DNA of 64,000 nt, taken from contig NC_043012.1 in NCBI RefSeq assembly GCF_006345805.1, positions 50,654,001 to 50,718,000 of the forward strand, in the 5' to 3' direction. The position numbers and the translations under genes were made by a program. A model generated the notes under the pieces. It was given only the letters and a program-made list of their open reading frames with translations. It did not search any database and was not told where the DNA came from. This DNA comes from Octopus sinensis. Taxonomy: Eukaryota. Positions 12,591 to 29,479 of this stretch are shown here, piece after piece; position 1 is the first letter of the stretch, and every line of letters begins with the position of its first letter.

Positions 12591-14418
12591 GCCTTCAATT
12601 TATTAATAACAATTAACGATCACTGAAAACAAGGCAACAGTATATTGGCAATGATGTAGAACATAGAGAGTTATGGCAAATTTTACACCCATTAAGCAGT
12701 GAAGAAATGTTAGAATCCCATTCGTTCTCATTGTACTATATTCTTCCTTTCTTCATAAGTAATAGTTACAAATATATTCTAAATATTTTCCCTATAAATT
12801 TCATTCCTTACAAGTTTTGTAGCTAACACTTTTCTTTATCACAAGTTTCACTTCGGGGTTATTCGTGCTGTATGCTTAGTTAAACTCACTTTGAAATCCT
12901 TTTAGATTCTCCTGAGTCACAGATTTATTCGGTAAATATATTTCAAGCTACTTTGTTTATATTTTCTTTTTTTTTATATCCCATTTATCTAATATAACTT
13001 ATGTCGTCTAATCACCATTATCTTACTCATCATTGCCATTGTCTGCTATATTTTCCTTCTCCTGTTTCTCTTGTAACAAGGGTTCTGTCTCATTGATTAC
13101 CACTTAAGATTTAATTCATATATGTATTTTCTTATCTAAAATCGTAAATATATCAATCGGAGATTCAGACAGCTTTCTGTAATCTCGATTAATCTATGTA
13201 TTGACACAAATTCAATTTTGTTCTGTGTCAAGGAAAAAAAAAAAGTAGGTAACTGAAAAAATCTGAAAACCTAATCCTGACAGCAAACCAACGCAAAAAA
13301 GTGATAAGAAATGCGTTAATAATACCATTTGAAGATTATTTGGGTGTCTGTAGAGCAAAAACATAACTGTTTTAACGAGATGACCTTTTTTGCTATTTTC
13401 AGCCGTCAACAACAGAAGCGCTTTCATTTGATCTCGTCACGTCTATGATATTAGCCGAAGAAAGCAGCTGCCTAGGAATACAGATGCAGAATACCAAACT
13501 GAATAAACAAACAAATTTAATAAACATCAAGAGACTAAGCCGGTTAAAACATCTGAAAATGGGAAAAAGAGAATAAATATCGGGGCTAAATAACAGTTTG
13601 ACAGCAATCGGAATTATATTGTTATATTATAGTTTCTCATCATGTGATTTTGTAACCCACTGAAAGACATAGATTGAAACACAAGCTACTTGATGGCTGA
13701 GTATTCTATTCTGTTTCGATTTCTGTTCGAACCTATTTAACTATAGTCACACAATGTTCTTGGAGGAGACACGGTAATCGTAATATCTGGATGATTGAAT
13801 GTGCTCAAATTGATGAGAATGTGGAGTTACAGTATCGGGTTCATGTGAATTTCAACAATTGCATCGAACTATACATCACTTATGGAGGAAACTATGTCGA
13901 ATAGAATTATTGAAATATGCATTTTCGCCTATTTATCCCTGGTTCTACTCCCAACCTCACAATACGAGATATCAACTGATGCCCAATCAATTTTTGTATA
14001 TACATGTACCTAAACCAGTATAGACCAGTACTTCATCTGAAATCTTAATTCGAACATTTTACAAAGTGATCGAAAAAATCTTTCAAAAGAAGAATATCTC
14101 TAAAGTTTCTCTTTCTAGCTTAAGTAAAGTTTAGAGGTACTGTAGCAAAACTGGTCATTCCGTATTAATCTAATGCATAGAAAAAGGAATATTATAATTT
14201 CAAAGAAGTAAAATAGGGACTTAGAAATGATTGAATGGCTGTGTGTATGTGTGTCCGTGTGTTTGTGTGTGTGTCTGTGTGTGTGTCTGTAAGTGTGCGT
14301 GAGTGTGCGTGTGCATGTGTGTATACGTTCATATATCTACCTGTGCATCTATCTATACATACATACGTAATGCACAAACATGAACGCGCAGACACATTCA
14401 CACACACCGGTGTATATG

Positions 14419-14478
<60 letters not shown>

Positions 14479-14664
14479 ATGTATATATATATAGAGAGAG
14501 AGAGAGAGAGGGGGGTGGAGAAAGAGAACAATACATGACTATAGACGACTGTTCCACTGTGTAAATGAAACAAGTGTGCGCGCTAAAACAGTTTCTTTTG
14601 AGCTGCAATACTGTATCGAATACGAACTTGAATCCCGCTTAGCTACGTTTATATACATATATAT

Positions 14665-14895
14665 AACAATTGCAGTGTGAAAGGTGTTTATAAGCCATTT
14701 CAGAAGCACACAAAAACCGTTAGATTCACTAGTGACGAAAATATTTTGAAAAATTAAATATAGATGTTGAAGTGAATCTAACGGTTTTTGTGCGTTTCTT
14801 AAATGGTTTATAAAGTCCTTCCACGCTGCAATTGTTTTCGTTCCAGCACACGATCTCAGATCAGGTCACTTGCCATGCAAGTACATCTCCATAAT
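14665..14895. mobile_element. Fold-back element in (TA)n (arms 14665-14730 / 14771-14836)
   Basis: AACAATTGCAG..AAAAACCGTTAGATTCACT mirrored by AGTGAATCTAACGGTTTTT..CTGCAATTGTT. Confidence 0.75.
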
Positions 14896-16319
14896 ATATA
14901 TATATATGATCATTGGTGGTAAGATTTGGCTGTCAGGGAGTAGCTGGATACCTTTTCCTGAAGAGACACAGGGCATCGAAATTGCTTGATATATCTGTTA
15001 GGACGCCCATAGCAGACGATTGTAATCTGCTAATGAGAAAAATTTCTGTTCTCTTATGCACCATACAATTATATTAGAAGAACGCCATAGGCGAATATGC
15101 CCATTTTTGGCGTTCCAACAAACCATCCACTTGTTAATTTGGAGATAAAGATGGCTTTTTTCTTTAATATTGCTTCTGTCGGTAATAAGTACTTTTAATA
15201 AGGCAGCTGGCAATTCGCGACATCAATGCCTGAAACGTTACAGCAATTCTACGTATCGATGGCACCGAGATGTTGCTGATATGAGGCGCGTGGGATCCTT
15301 ACACAGAAGGGACATTTTTGAAATTTTAGAAAATAAAAAATGTAAAAATATGAAATTGCAGCTTATTTTGTTTAATCATTTCTAATTTTGAATAGAATTT
15401 CGGATTTCGTGACAAAGGTGCAAAACCGTATGGTGTTGTTTACATCAAGATTAAATTTGTTGATACCTCTGTTAAGGATTTGTCGTCATTATCTTCCATT
15501 CCTTTCTTTCTTGTACTGAATTTTATTACATAATAATCATTTCTTTTGTCATTTGTTCGGAAGATATTAGGGATGGTTAGGCTCCTACTTACAGAGATTA
15601 TCCTATTATAATGTCACATATGATAACCATCCATACATGCGTTTCATTTGAAGTTTGCAATGAAACATTCCATTCCTTTCTATGTGTAACTTAAAAAAGA
15701 AAACTAGTCATAAGCAGGTGATTAGAGGAACTGTTTTGTGCTCGACAAAATAACTAGTATTTACATTTAGCTTTTCAAGTAGAAATATAATCGACCTCAT
15801 ATTTCTCGTTTAACCTTCCTTAGTCAATAAAAATGCTATAAAATCTAACAAGTACTAGATTTGTTGAGATTGTAATGGTAGACTTAAGGACTTTAATGTA
15901 TTATGAAATTAGGAGACGATATAATGAATTGAAAGTGCTATCGTAAACTGATTAAAGTACAGCACAAATAAGTGGTGATAATCAAAAACACGAAGTCATG
16001 TCATGCGGTGATCTTCATCTTTATGTAGGTAGATAAACATTACCCTTGCTTAACGCGTAATAGCAAACCTGACGAGTGTTACATAATCAGTATCGGACCT
16101 ACCATCGTTATAAGACCCAATCATTGCTGTTTGCCTAATTTCCTTCATTGTGATTATTTTTAAAAGACAATAATATATTCTTGTAGACTTTAGGTTTCCG
16201 AACAGGAAGGTTGTAGATTTTAATATATTAAGGAAATATTTGAACCCAATATTAAAAGTAGTATAAACAAGTAAGAGGGAGGCATTGATGCAAATATTTT
16301 TGCAACACATCACTTCAGC

Positions 16320-16830
16320 CTATATATTTTGTTTCCTCATCTCTCCTTTCTCAATAAAGGATCTCAGTTGTTCACATAACTTCCTACAGTTTAATTGAGC
16401 GCTGTATAAATTACAGTTAATTCGACTTGAAAAACGCATATTATGTGAAAGCTTTTGCTCAATAACTGCCTCATTGACTCCATGCAGATTGCTTCGTATA
16501 TGAATATCCGTCAATATCATGTTTTGAATACTCTCACCAAGAGATAGAAAGGTTTTCATATCCATTCAACAGCTGCAAGAGCCACAGGTAACTGAATATT
16601 TAACAGAAATTGCGATAATCTTAAATATATCCAATATATTTCCCCAGGATTGGAAAGCGTTTCAATTCATGCTTTTCTTGAACGATTCGCAAATAATTTT
16701 CCTAATTCAGTGAATGAAGACACGTAGAAAAATATATTCTTTCAATAAAAAATGCAAGCAAATGTTGCATTATATTCCACAACACTCCCCACCTAATGCG
16801 CCATGCAGCCATTTCATCTTTTAAAAGGAC
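16320..16830 (-). pseudogene. Possible highly decayed hAT transposase C-terminus
   Basis: Broken minus-strand peptides FPILGKYI and LPVALAAVEW resemble the hAT dimerisation motif (FP..L..LPVS.A..ER.FS). Confidence 0.3.
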
Positions 16831-18575
16831 GGTAACTAGCCTGCCTCGAACTGACGATATATTTTTCGCCTGTAATTACTGATATTTTTTTCTGATATTA
16901 TCTGGTGCTGTCTATTATATGATGCATTGTCATTGCTGTTCTTTATTCCTAAAATACTGGTAATCCACGAACAGTTTCGCATATCTGAAATTATATTGCG
17001 TCATATGACACGTACATTTTATTTTTTAGATTATTAGAAAGTGATCTGCAGAGTGAATCTCAGTGCGATTTATAGGTGAAAGCATGTCCCGTAAAAAAAT
17101 AAAACAGAGCGATGCCCAATGCAGAAGTAGAAGCTGATTGCAAATAGGAATTTCCTATATAAAGCAAAAAGCCCACGAAATCCACCCAAAGCGTATAATG
17201 AAGAAGAGTATAGTAAGTACCAAACGCATTGTCTCCGGATGCTTACTCGAACTCATTGGAATATATTGCAAATTGGAGATTTTACATAGAGACTCTTGTA
17301 CCATGCTTTTAAAATACGAATGGGAAAATGGATGTATAAACATGCACGAGAAATGTTAGATTCTATTTATTCAACTACAAGCAAACAATTTACGATATAC
17401 AAGAGAAAGCGAAAAAGGGCAAAGTGAAATTCTAAGCTGTGAAATAAAAGCAAGCATTGAACTTCCGATGTAAATGATTAATCAGCTTGTTCAAACTTAG
17501 TAATAAACTGAATAATATAAACTGACCAGGTCTGAGTAAAATTTACGATGAAAAATTTTGCATTGTAAAATCTAAATTATCCCCTATATGAATATAAATA
17601 CCTATTATAAAATTACGAAATATTGATCCAAGTAACATACAGCGTATTCGTAAATGAGGTGAAGAAGTCGGACACATAAAACGGGGCAGGACAAACATGA
17701 GAATTGAAGGAAAATCGAACGCCGAAAGTACAAATAATCCATTACATTATATATAATGAAGACCGACGACGTATTCAAAGTTTTATACTTATGTCCGCAC
17801 ATAAGAAGCATGTGGATATTCGGGACAAAATAGATTTTAAAATAAACAAACCTTTGAATGAGCACATTGTAATGTGGCAGGAACTTCAAATACATCTATT
17901 GCTGTTTCAAAGTAATCAAAAGAATGTGATGTAATATATATTTAAAACAAATGAAACAGAATCAAAAGCACTACCGGCTTTTTTTATTGTTATAATTATA
18001 GAGTGACATAGTCGCAATTATAACCGCGATGTAATGCAACAAGCTGTCTATTGCATCAGTGAAGATGGAACAAAAAGCAGCTTAATTTGCTGCTAGTATT
18101 CAAAATCAAACTAAAATTTGCGTTGGCCAAATGAACGCTGCTTTGAAAATTTGAATCTCATTTTCATGAGTATATCATTCATAGGTCACAGTTATAAAAG
18201 ATACATATAAATGATACTAAACATCGCGAAATGAGAGAAAATATAAATGGGAATACCCTTGCAAATGTTCGGTAATTAAAAAGACTTGTTTAACAATAAA
18301 TAAATAATAAAAGGTACCAATTTGTGACAAATGTCCTATTACATAATAGAAACATCCTGTTTCATATAATACACGATTATACACTGCAAACAAATGAAAG
18401 CATAACAACGAAAATCCACAAATACACAATATATATAACTCATTTGAAACTGGAAAAAAAAAGAGCGAACCAGACATATACTAAGATAGGAGGCACCGAG
18501 AATGAAACATACATTTCACCAAATCAAAAAGAGAATAAGTCTATTAAAATCCAAACTAATAATTATGAGAAGATT

Positions 18576-21565
<2,990 letters not shown>

Positions 21566-21611
21566 AATAATAATAATGATAATAATAATAATAATAATAC
21601 TAATAGTGATT

Positions 21612-21890
21612 TAAAACTGGGAATGGAGGCTCTAATCTCTGCTGCCTAAGAGCAAGCACAAAGAACAAACTACATAATAGACAACACATCAGAAAGTGAT
21701 GGGCAGAATTTGTGGACAAAATGTGAAACGGTATGTCATATTACAAGCCATACCGTTTCACTAGCCCCGAAGGAATATGAGAGGAGCTTATATTCATTGG
21801 ACACTTTGGAACAAGTATGGACTTAACAGAGAATAAAATTGTTACGACCACAAACCCGATGGCATCATCGAAAATGATATTGCAAAGATC
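21612..21890 (+). pseudogene. Older fragment of a second R4-clade LINE (zinc finger/RLE region)
   Basis: Broken peptides EALISAA*EQAQRTNYI, RICGQ, ETVCHITS, YIHWTLWNKYGL, YDHKPDGIIEND parallel the adjacent LINE C-terminus. Confidence 0.7.
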
Positions 21891-23427
21891 GCGAGTGTGT
21901 GAAAGTGTGTGTTGTCATGTATGAATTTTTTGCATGTATGTGTAAGTGGCACTAACTCTATCTTTATCTCTCTCTCACACACACACACTTACATACGCAC
22001 ACATGGATTTTGCATGTATGTGTGCATGTGCATATGAGAGAAAGAGAGAGAGGGAGTAATTGTATGTTCTCATACCATATAGTGAACTGGATGTATTTTA
22101 ATGAAATTTTCGGGGTTGTGGCTAATTTTAATACAATACATATGAGTACATTTTCTTAAATGTTTCTCTCAGTAGAATTATACGCATACGTGAAATATCG
22201 GACGAAAGGGAGACGTTAGATTGCAACCCTGCCGTGAAAAATGGCTTTGGGTTGCTCCCGGCGAATATATTTTGTGTAAACAGGGTTATTGAGGTGGTCA
22301 TTCAGCTCTGCAGTAATTTGCAGATGTACTGTTTGTGATCCTTTCTAAAAAAATTTGGTTTTTCTTCTGGAGATTTGTTGCAACGAGTTGGTTGTTCCTT
22401 CTGTCTCAAAGTCTGTCATTACTTTTGAGACAGTACTTCTTGATAACACCAAACATTTCGGCTGTTTTCTTTACGCTATCGCCTGCCATACGAGTACCAA
22501 CAATTTGATATCTTTGATAGCCGATAGATGCGTCGTGTTAATGAATTTCAATTACCTTTTTCTAATTATATCTAAAAAGACGGGTCATTCGAAGTTTTCT
22601 TTCCTCAGTCAAGTACCAGCTTATCTTCACAATTTCGGTTGATTATACTTGAGATTACACCAATCTGGCCATCCCCAAGGGAAAACTACTAGATTCCTTG
22701 GAAGAAAGCAGCGAATGTATACAAAAAAAGGACGGAAATGTAGGACAAGGTTACACAAATACAATAAAAATAATAGTAACAGGTCATAACAATAAGAGTC
22801 TTTCGACTAAGAACGAATTAAATTAAGCTGGCGTGTTTGGAAATGAAGCCTTACGGCAGGGATACAAGATTTCACAAACATAAGGTGGAATATCGATGTT
22901 GCGCGGACAGCGGCCGGACGAATAAAGAATGAGCAGGCTTGGCCGCACGCCGGTCACGTGGGATGAGAAGAGAGAGAAGTAGAAGCAGAGGGACAGAAGA
23001 ATTAAGGAGGGGCGCGAAAAATCACAAGGGACACAGTGAAGTGAAAAGTGGAGGGAAAGTGAGCAAGAAGAGAAGGCTTGTCTCTGTGTCAGTGTTTGAC
23101 TTCCACCCCGACTTGACAATCGGTGTTTGTGTGTTTATATCACCTGTAACTTAGGAGTTCAACAAAAACAAAGATTAGAATAAGTATGCAAAAAAAGGGT
23201 TAGACTGATTGCACCCTCGAAGTTGGTACCCCATCTACAGTGAAATGACTGAAACTAAAGATAAAAACACATGTGTGTGCTGTGTGTGTTTGAGTGTGTA
23301 TGTGTGCGAGCTTATGTGTCGAGAGAGTACTTTTAATGCTTGTTTGCTTGTCCAACGTTCTGCTAACTGAAAATAATTATCTTTAAATACCTCATACATC
23401 GAATCGTTAAAGAAAAAGAAAATATGC

Positions 23428-23489
<62 letters not shown>

Positions 23490-23506
23490 ATACATATATA
23501 TAATAT

Positions 23507-23597
<91 letters not shown>

Positions 23598-24066
23598 ATG
23601 TATATATTTATAACACAATATATTTTTATATACTTAGCCATGCTCAATGGGCCAGCACCTATCTTATTATAATGCTTTGAATTAGCATTGTTTTATACTT
23701 GTTCCATTTTGCAATATTTAAAACTTTAATGTATATAAACTTGCTATCATATTTCTATTTTTGAAAAAAAAAGTGCATTCCTACTTACTGAAAATATGCA
23801 TTGACTTATTAACTGTTTCATTTTACCAGCCCACACACTCATTCTGATTATTATTATTATTATTATTATTATATTATTATTATTAATATTATCATTATTA
23901 TTATTATTATTATTATTACTATTATCAATATTATTATTATTATTGTTGTTGTTGTTGCTGTTGATATTATTGTTCTTGTTGTTGTTATTATTATTAATAT
24001 TAATCATCATTATTGCTGTTCCATACGTGTATAGATATGTATATATATATATACATATACATAGAC

Positions 24067-24097
<31 letters not shown>

Positions 24098-24189
24098 ATA
24101 TATATATTATATATATTATATATATATATAATATATATATATATATATAGTATATATATATATATATATATGTTTATATAAATATATAT

Positions 24190-24235
<46 letters not shown>

Positions 24236-25428
24236 TATATATATAATATATATAATATATATACACATATACATAGATATACATATATATACATATATAT
24301 AATATATATATATTATATATATATATATATCTATGAGTATATGTGTATGAGTGTGTGCATTTAAGTATATTTTGTCTACGATTTATTACCATATTAGCTT
24401 CTACTAACTACAGGTCACTTATAATGTGCATTTTTACAACTAGCCTCTCCTCACACCTTCGACACCCACGCTCTTAGAGTGTCAACCCATTATTAGTAGA
24501 ATATATAGATAACTTGGCCGAAGTTCAAAGTGAAGCGTATTACGCTGTATTAATGGTAACGCCGAAGTCTGTGGTATCGTTGGTTCTTGTAGTCATGCTA
24601 ATATTAGTAGTGGCGATGGGGCTGACGCTGGAGAACACCAATTACTCGTATAACGAGTCACTAATTTCAGATCTTATTGTTGCCAATTTCAACACGAAAT
24701 ACGTTAAATTATGTCCTAATTGAGAAATTTACTCCAATCAAGAGTTCTTGCCCAAAAAGCTATAAACTCAACATGAAAATAGACGAAAATTTTGAGGGCA
24801 AAGGTTAAAGGCGCAGACAATGATGAAAAGATGTAAGAGGGCAGGGAAGCTGGAAAGCAAGTGATCAGCATATATCTACTACAAATATGATACTTGATGA
24901 AGAGGCATTTAAAAGAGAGGGGAAGTTTGACGATGTGTGAACTGAGGACTGATGGATGTTGCGAGAAAGAAAAATGAAGTGAGGTATAGATAGAAAGAAA
25001 GAGAGGAACATTAATGTAAAATGCTAAAAAGATAGCATGCAGAATATATCCAAGGATGAGGGGGTGGGGCAAAGGAATATAAAACGAAAAAGAGAGTGGG
25101 AAAATGATGCATAGATGGAAACAAGCATATATAAAATATAAGAATATACCTTTGCCTGTGTGTGCGTACTTGTGTAAGAGTACAATTTTTTCTGTGCGTG
25201 TGCATGCGTGCGCGTATGTGCATGTATGTGTGTGTACCAATTACGAAGATTGCATATTTAGATGATCAGTGTCTGACAGAGCTTAGATAAGGATATGTAC
25301 AGTATGGAAAGAAAGGAAAAATTCTATATAATTACAGAGGTACTCACACACACACACACACACTCAAAAACACGGACATAACCCACCCACAAGCAGACAG
25401 ACACACACACGCACGTGTGTGTGTATAT

Positions 25429-25488
<60 letters not shown>

Positions 25489-25626
25489 ATCTATATATTT
25501 AAATGAATATATGAATACATATACATATGTATAAATATTATATGCATATATATATATATATTTATACATACATATATTCACACATACATAAATACATACA
25601 TACATATATATATATATATGTATATA

Positions 25627-25676
<50 letters not shown>

Positions 25677-25850
25677 TAAGAAAGTTGGTTTGTGAAAGCA
25701 CGTGGGTGAATATATAAAAAATAGTAAAGAATGAAAAAACGACAGAAGGCTTAAATGTTAAAAAATATATATATTTGCGTCAATATGTCTGAAGAATATT
25801 AGGAAATTTTTTAAACAATTTTTTTTTCCTTTATAATGACATAATTTTTA

Positions 25851-25889
25851 AAGAAAGACCGGTTTCGCATTTAGCTTTTCAAATTTCTT
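25851..25889 (-). ncRNA. Minimal hammerhead, U3-A8 core, left pLTR
   Basis: AAGAAA-u-UUGAAAA-GC uaaau GC-GAAA-CCGG-UC/UUUCUU. Confidence 0.7.
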
Positions 25890-26035
25890 GTGACGTTATG
25901 TTTATGTTTAATATAGTTATCCTTGTGTTTAAGCTCCGGAGAGTTCTAAATAAGGGAAGGTAGTGGGTGATTTCTTCCGGTGTAAGCGAGATAATCGCTT
26001 AAAATTTTTTTTCCTTTCCCTTAATGTGAATTTCT

Positions 26036-26371
26036 CTATATCAGTATGTTCGGATGGTTGAGTCTGGGCTTGTACTTTTCAATGAAGAATGATTCCTTGT
26101 TTAGTCTAATTTGTGCTGATGATCCGAAAGCACATTGGTAAAATGGAAAGATTAAAAATTGTGGTAGTAGTTGCTTTGCTCATTTCTCAATGTGCTCACT
26201 AAAAGGTATAATTCTATATTCTGGGAATGCAATCTGTTGTCGATGCAGTGTGCATCTACGTCTGAGTGATAGTCCCGTGGAACCCACGTAGTCTTGGTGG
26301 CAGCCCGAGCATTTTATGACATAAATTATGTTTTCAGAGGCACAAGTAAAGTTAGATTTGATCTTGAATTT
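26036..26371 (-). pseudogene. GIY-YIG endonuclease domain of Penelope-like element
   Basis: KFKIKSNFTCASENIIYVIKCSGCHQDYVGSTGLSLRRRCTLHRQQI..HIEK*..RLNKESFFIEKYKPRLN; one internal TGA; absent from ORF track. Confidence 0.9.
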
Positions 26372-26554
26372 CTAAGCCCAAACACAACCATCCGAACACA
26401 CTGATACAGAAAATTCACATTAAGGGAAAGGAAAAAAAAATTTAAGCGATTATCTCCCTTACACCGGAAGAAATCACCCACTACCTTCCCTTATTTAGAA
26501 CTCTCCGGAGCTTAAACACAAGGATAACTCTATTAAACATAAACATAACGTCAC

Positions 26555-26593
26555 AAGAAGTTTGAAAAGCTAAATGCGAAACCGGTCTTTCTT
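26555..26593 (+). ncRNA. Minimal hammerhead, U3-A8 core, right pLTR
   Basis: AAGAAG-u-UUGAAAA-GC uaaau GC-GAAA-CCGG-UC/UUUCUU. Confidence 0.7.
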
Positions 26594-26750
26594 TAAAAAT
26601 TATGTCATTATAAAGGAAAAAAAATTTGTTTAAAAAATTTTCTGATATTCTTCAGACATATTGACGCAAATATATATATTTTTTAACATTTAAGCCTTCT
26701 GTCGTTTTTTCACTCTTTACTATTATATATATATATATAATATATATATA

Positions 26751-26801
<51 letters not shown>

Positions 26802-26834
26802 CATACATACATTTATATATTCATAAATATATAT

Positions 26835-27545
26835 AGTAAGTAAAGTGAGGAAGAGAATTTCGGTTATGGCCACGTGGTGAGTTGTAAAGCGAAAGATATA
26901 TAATAATAGAAGTGCATAGTTAACATGGTTTCGATACATTTAAAATGAAGGCGTATTATGTTTGTTGACCGGTTTCGCTTTCACTAATCAAGACATTGAA
27001 CTTCATATTTTCTTAAGAAGATTTTAGTCCATGTCTGTGTATAAAAAATTTGTGAATGAATCAACAAGTAGAAAAATTGAAGGGGAGGTAATTAGAGTCA
27101 AATATTATTCGGGATAGTGGAGATAATTCCTCGGTTTTGTGATGGGATAAATAAACAAAATCGCATAAGATAAAGCAGTGAGAAGGAATATGTACACTGA
27201 TATGCAATTTAAATTGAAATATGTACCGAGACCAAAGTTTGTTATACGTTCATATTTAGGCGTGTTCAGTATTTTTCCATAAATAAGTTTTCTTTATTCA
27301 AACGTTCTTATACAGAAATCGTTTCTTTGCACTTCTAGATGGGGAAAACTGTGAAATATACTTGCCGATTCCCTGCATATCACTCTATGAGTCTTCTAAA
27401 ATTTATCTCTCTATACATTGAGAAACGGAACTTTTCCTTATGTAGTGTGGTTCTCTGTCTAAGCTAAGGGACATCCTTGTTTGTCCTCTATAGATGTGTC
27501 CACAACCTGGGGTTGTGAGTTGATATATACATCAGTATTTTAAGA
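26835..27545 (-). mobile_element. Second, older Penelope-like element remnant (GIY-YIG 27242-27531 plus 3' pLTR)
   Basis: Minus strand CIYQLTTPGCGHIYRGQTRMSL..RQRTTLHKE..ERLNKENLFMEKY*TRLN; downstream decayed hammerhead at 26962-26996. Confidence 0.75.
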
Positions 27546-28000
27546 GGAGGTGTGTTTGCTCACTTTGTTTCCCTCAGTGTTTTAATACCTCTTTTCTTGG
27601 CATGTTTAATTCTAACATCTATAAATGAGGGTGGAATTCAAATGAATTAAAAGAAATTAGCTCAAATCTGGTTATTCTAATTAACAAAATCGATGGGTTA
27701 AATTACTGCATCCGGAACAGCTGGAAATGAAAAGGGATGACCAAAACCGTCATTGAAATATACTAATGTCCGCACATTTGATTAAAAGCCGCATTAGCCA
27801 CACTTGAAACAAAACCTGAAACGCTAGAAAATTTACTTTTTGGAACATGATAAAAAATATTGGTATGGCAGAAATATATGAAAAATTGATGAACTCAACA
27901 GCATTTCTCTTCTCAAGCAAACTACACATTAAGCAAACTAAATATATATGTGGAAAGTTGAAAAGGAACACAAGAGTTGATATATAAGAAAAATAAGTCA

Positions 28001-28464
28001 AGGCAGAAAATGCTAAAATAATCTTATACAAACATTTTAGTACCGGTTTCAGTCATTCAGACTTTTCAACTGTAAGTATGGAAAATTTTTAAAATTTGTA
28101 AAAAGTTAAAAGAAAAGTTTTTTAAAAGAATATTTGCGTAGTATTCAAATGCAAGGGGCATTTACTTTGTTTCTGCCTACCACCTGTATTCCTTTCTTAT
28201 ATTCTCTCTTCTCTTTCCCCTTCTTCTTCGTCTTCGTCTTCTTCCTCTGCGCCACCTCATTTCCTTACCTGTTTAGAATAATACCGACGGAAATATTATA
28301 AACAATACATTCAAAAGAGATGTCTCAAGAATTCAATCACTACTACCATCCACAACAAGTCACTTTCAGGGCACTTGATCATTTAACATCTTACTACTAT
28401 CATGGTACTCCAACATTCCCCTTCTTCGCCTCCTCCTCCACCACCTTATTCTTCTTCCTCCTCT

Positions 28465-28498
<34 letters not shown>

Positions 28499-28664
28499 TT
28501 TCTTCTCCTTCCTCTTCTTCTTCCTCTTCTCTTTTATTCTTCTTATTCTTCTTCCTCTTCTTCTCTTCTTCTTCTTTTTCTTCTTCTTCTTCTTCTTCTT
28601 CTTCTCTTCTTATTCTTCTTCCTCTTCTTCTTTTTCTTCTTCCTCTTCTTCTTCTTCTTCTTAT

Positions 28665-28696
<32 letters not shown>

Positions 28697-28741
28697 TTTT
28701 TCACTATCATCCTCATCATCGTCATCATCATCACCATCAGT

Positions 28742-28792
<51 letters not shown>

Positions 28793-29105
28793 TTCTTCTT
28801 CTTCTTCTTCTTCTGCTTCTTCTTCTCTTCTTCTTCTTCTTCTTCTTCTTCTTCTTCTTCTTCTTCTCTGCCAAGAACTTCACAACGACCTCGAAACCAC
28901 AAGAGTAAACAAGAGAGACAGAGAAAGGCAGAAACAAAGAAAATGCCCCTTGTATTTGAATATTATGCAAATATTCTTTTAAAAAATCTTCTCTTTTAAC
29001 TTTTCCAAAATTTAACTATTTCCCACACTTACAGTTCAAAAAGGCTCAATGACTGAAACCAGTACCGAAATGTTTTTTTATAAACACTTTAGCATTTTCT
29101 ACCTT
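28001..29105. mobile_element. Diverged inverted pLTR-like pair (28001-28178 / 28926-29105) with decayed hammerheads
   Basis: AGGCAGAAACAAAG..ATGCCCCTTG..TTTGAATA..CTTACAGTT..ATGACTGAAACC.GTAC present in both orientations. Confidence 0.7.
28420..28868. repeat. (CTT)n/(CAT)n trinucleotide tract
   Basis: Direct reading. Confidence 0.95.
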
Positions 29106-29181
29106 CCTTTTTTTCTATATATGTATATATATATATATATGCATGCATATGTATATATACATACATATATATATGTATATG

Positions 29182-29229
<48 letters not shown>

Positions 29230-29281
29230 TATACATATATATATATATATTATATATATATATATGCATGCATATGTATAT

Positions 29282-29312
<31 letters not shown>

Positions 29313-29385
29313 CATATATATTCTTATATATACATATATGCATGCTTATATACTATACTATATATATATATATATATATATATAG

Positions 29386-29437
<52 letters not shown>

Positions 29438-29479
29438 TTATACATACATATATATATATATATTATCCTCCCATTTGAT

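Larger units (their letters stand above)
25720..26724 (-). mobile_element. Penelope-like element, 5'-truncated, with inverted pseudo-LTRs
   Basis: Arms 25720-26071 and 26374-26724 are near-identical inverted repeats around a GIY-YIG fragment; each arm holds a hammerhead motif; right end runs into (TA)n. Confidence 0.9.

Noticed and set aside
28320-28982. 220-aa Ser/Phe-rich ORF
   Set aside because: Produced by the (CTT)n/(CAT)n tract.
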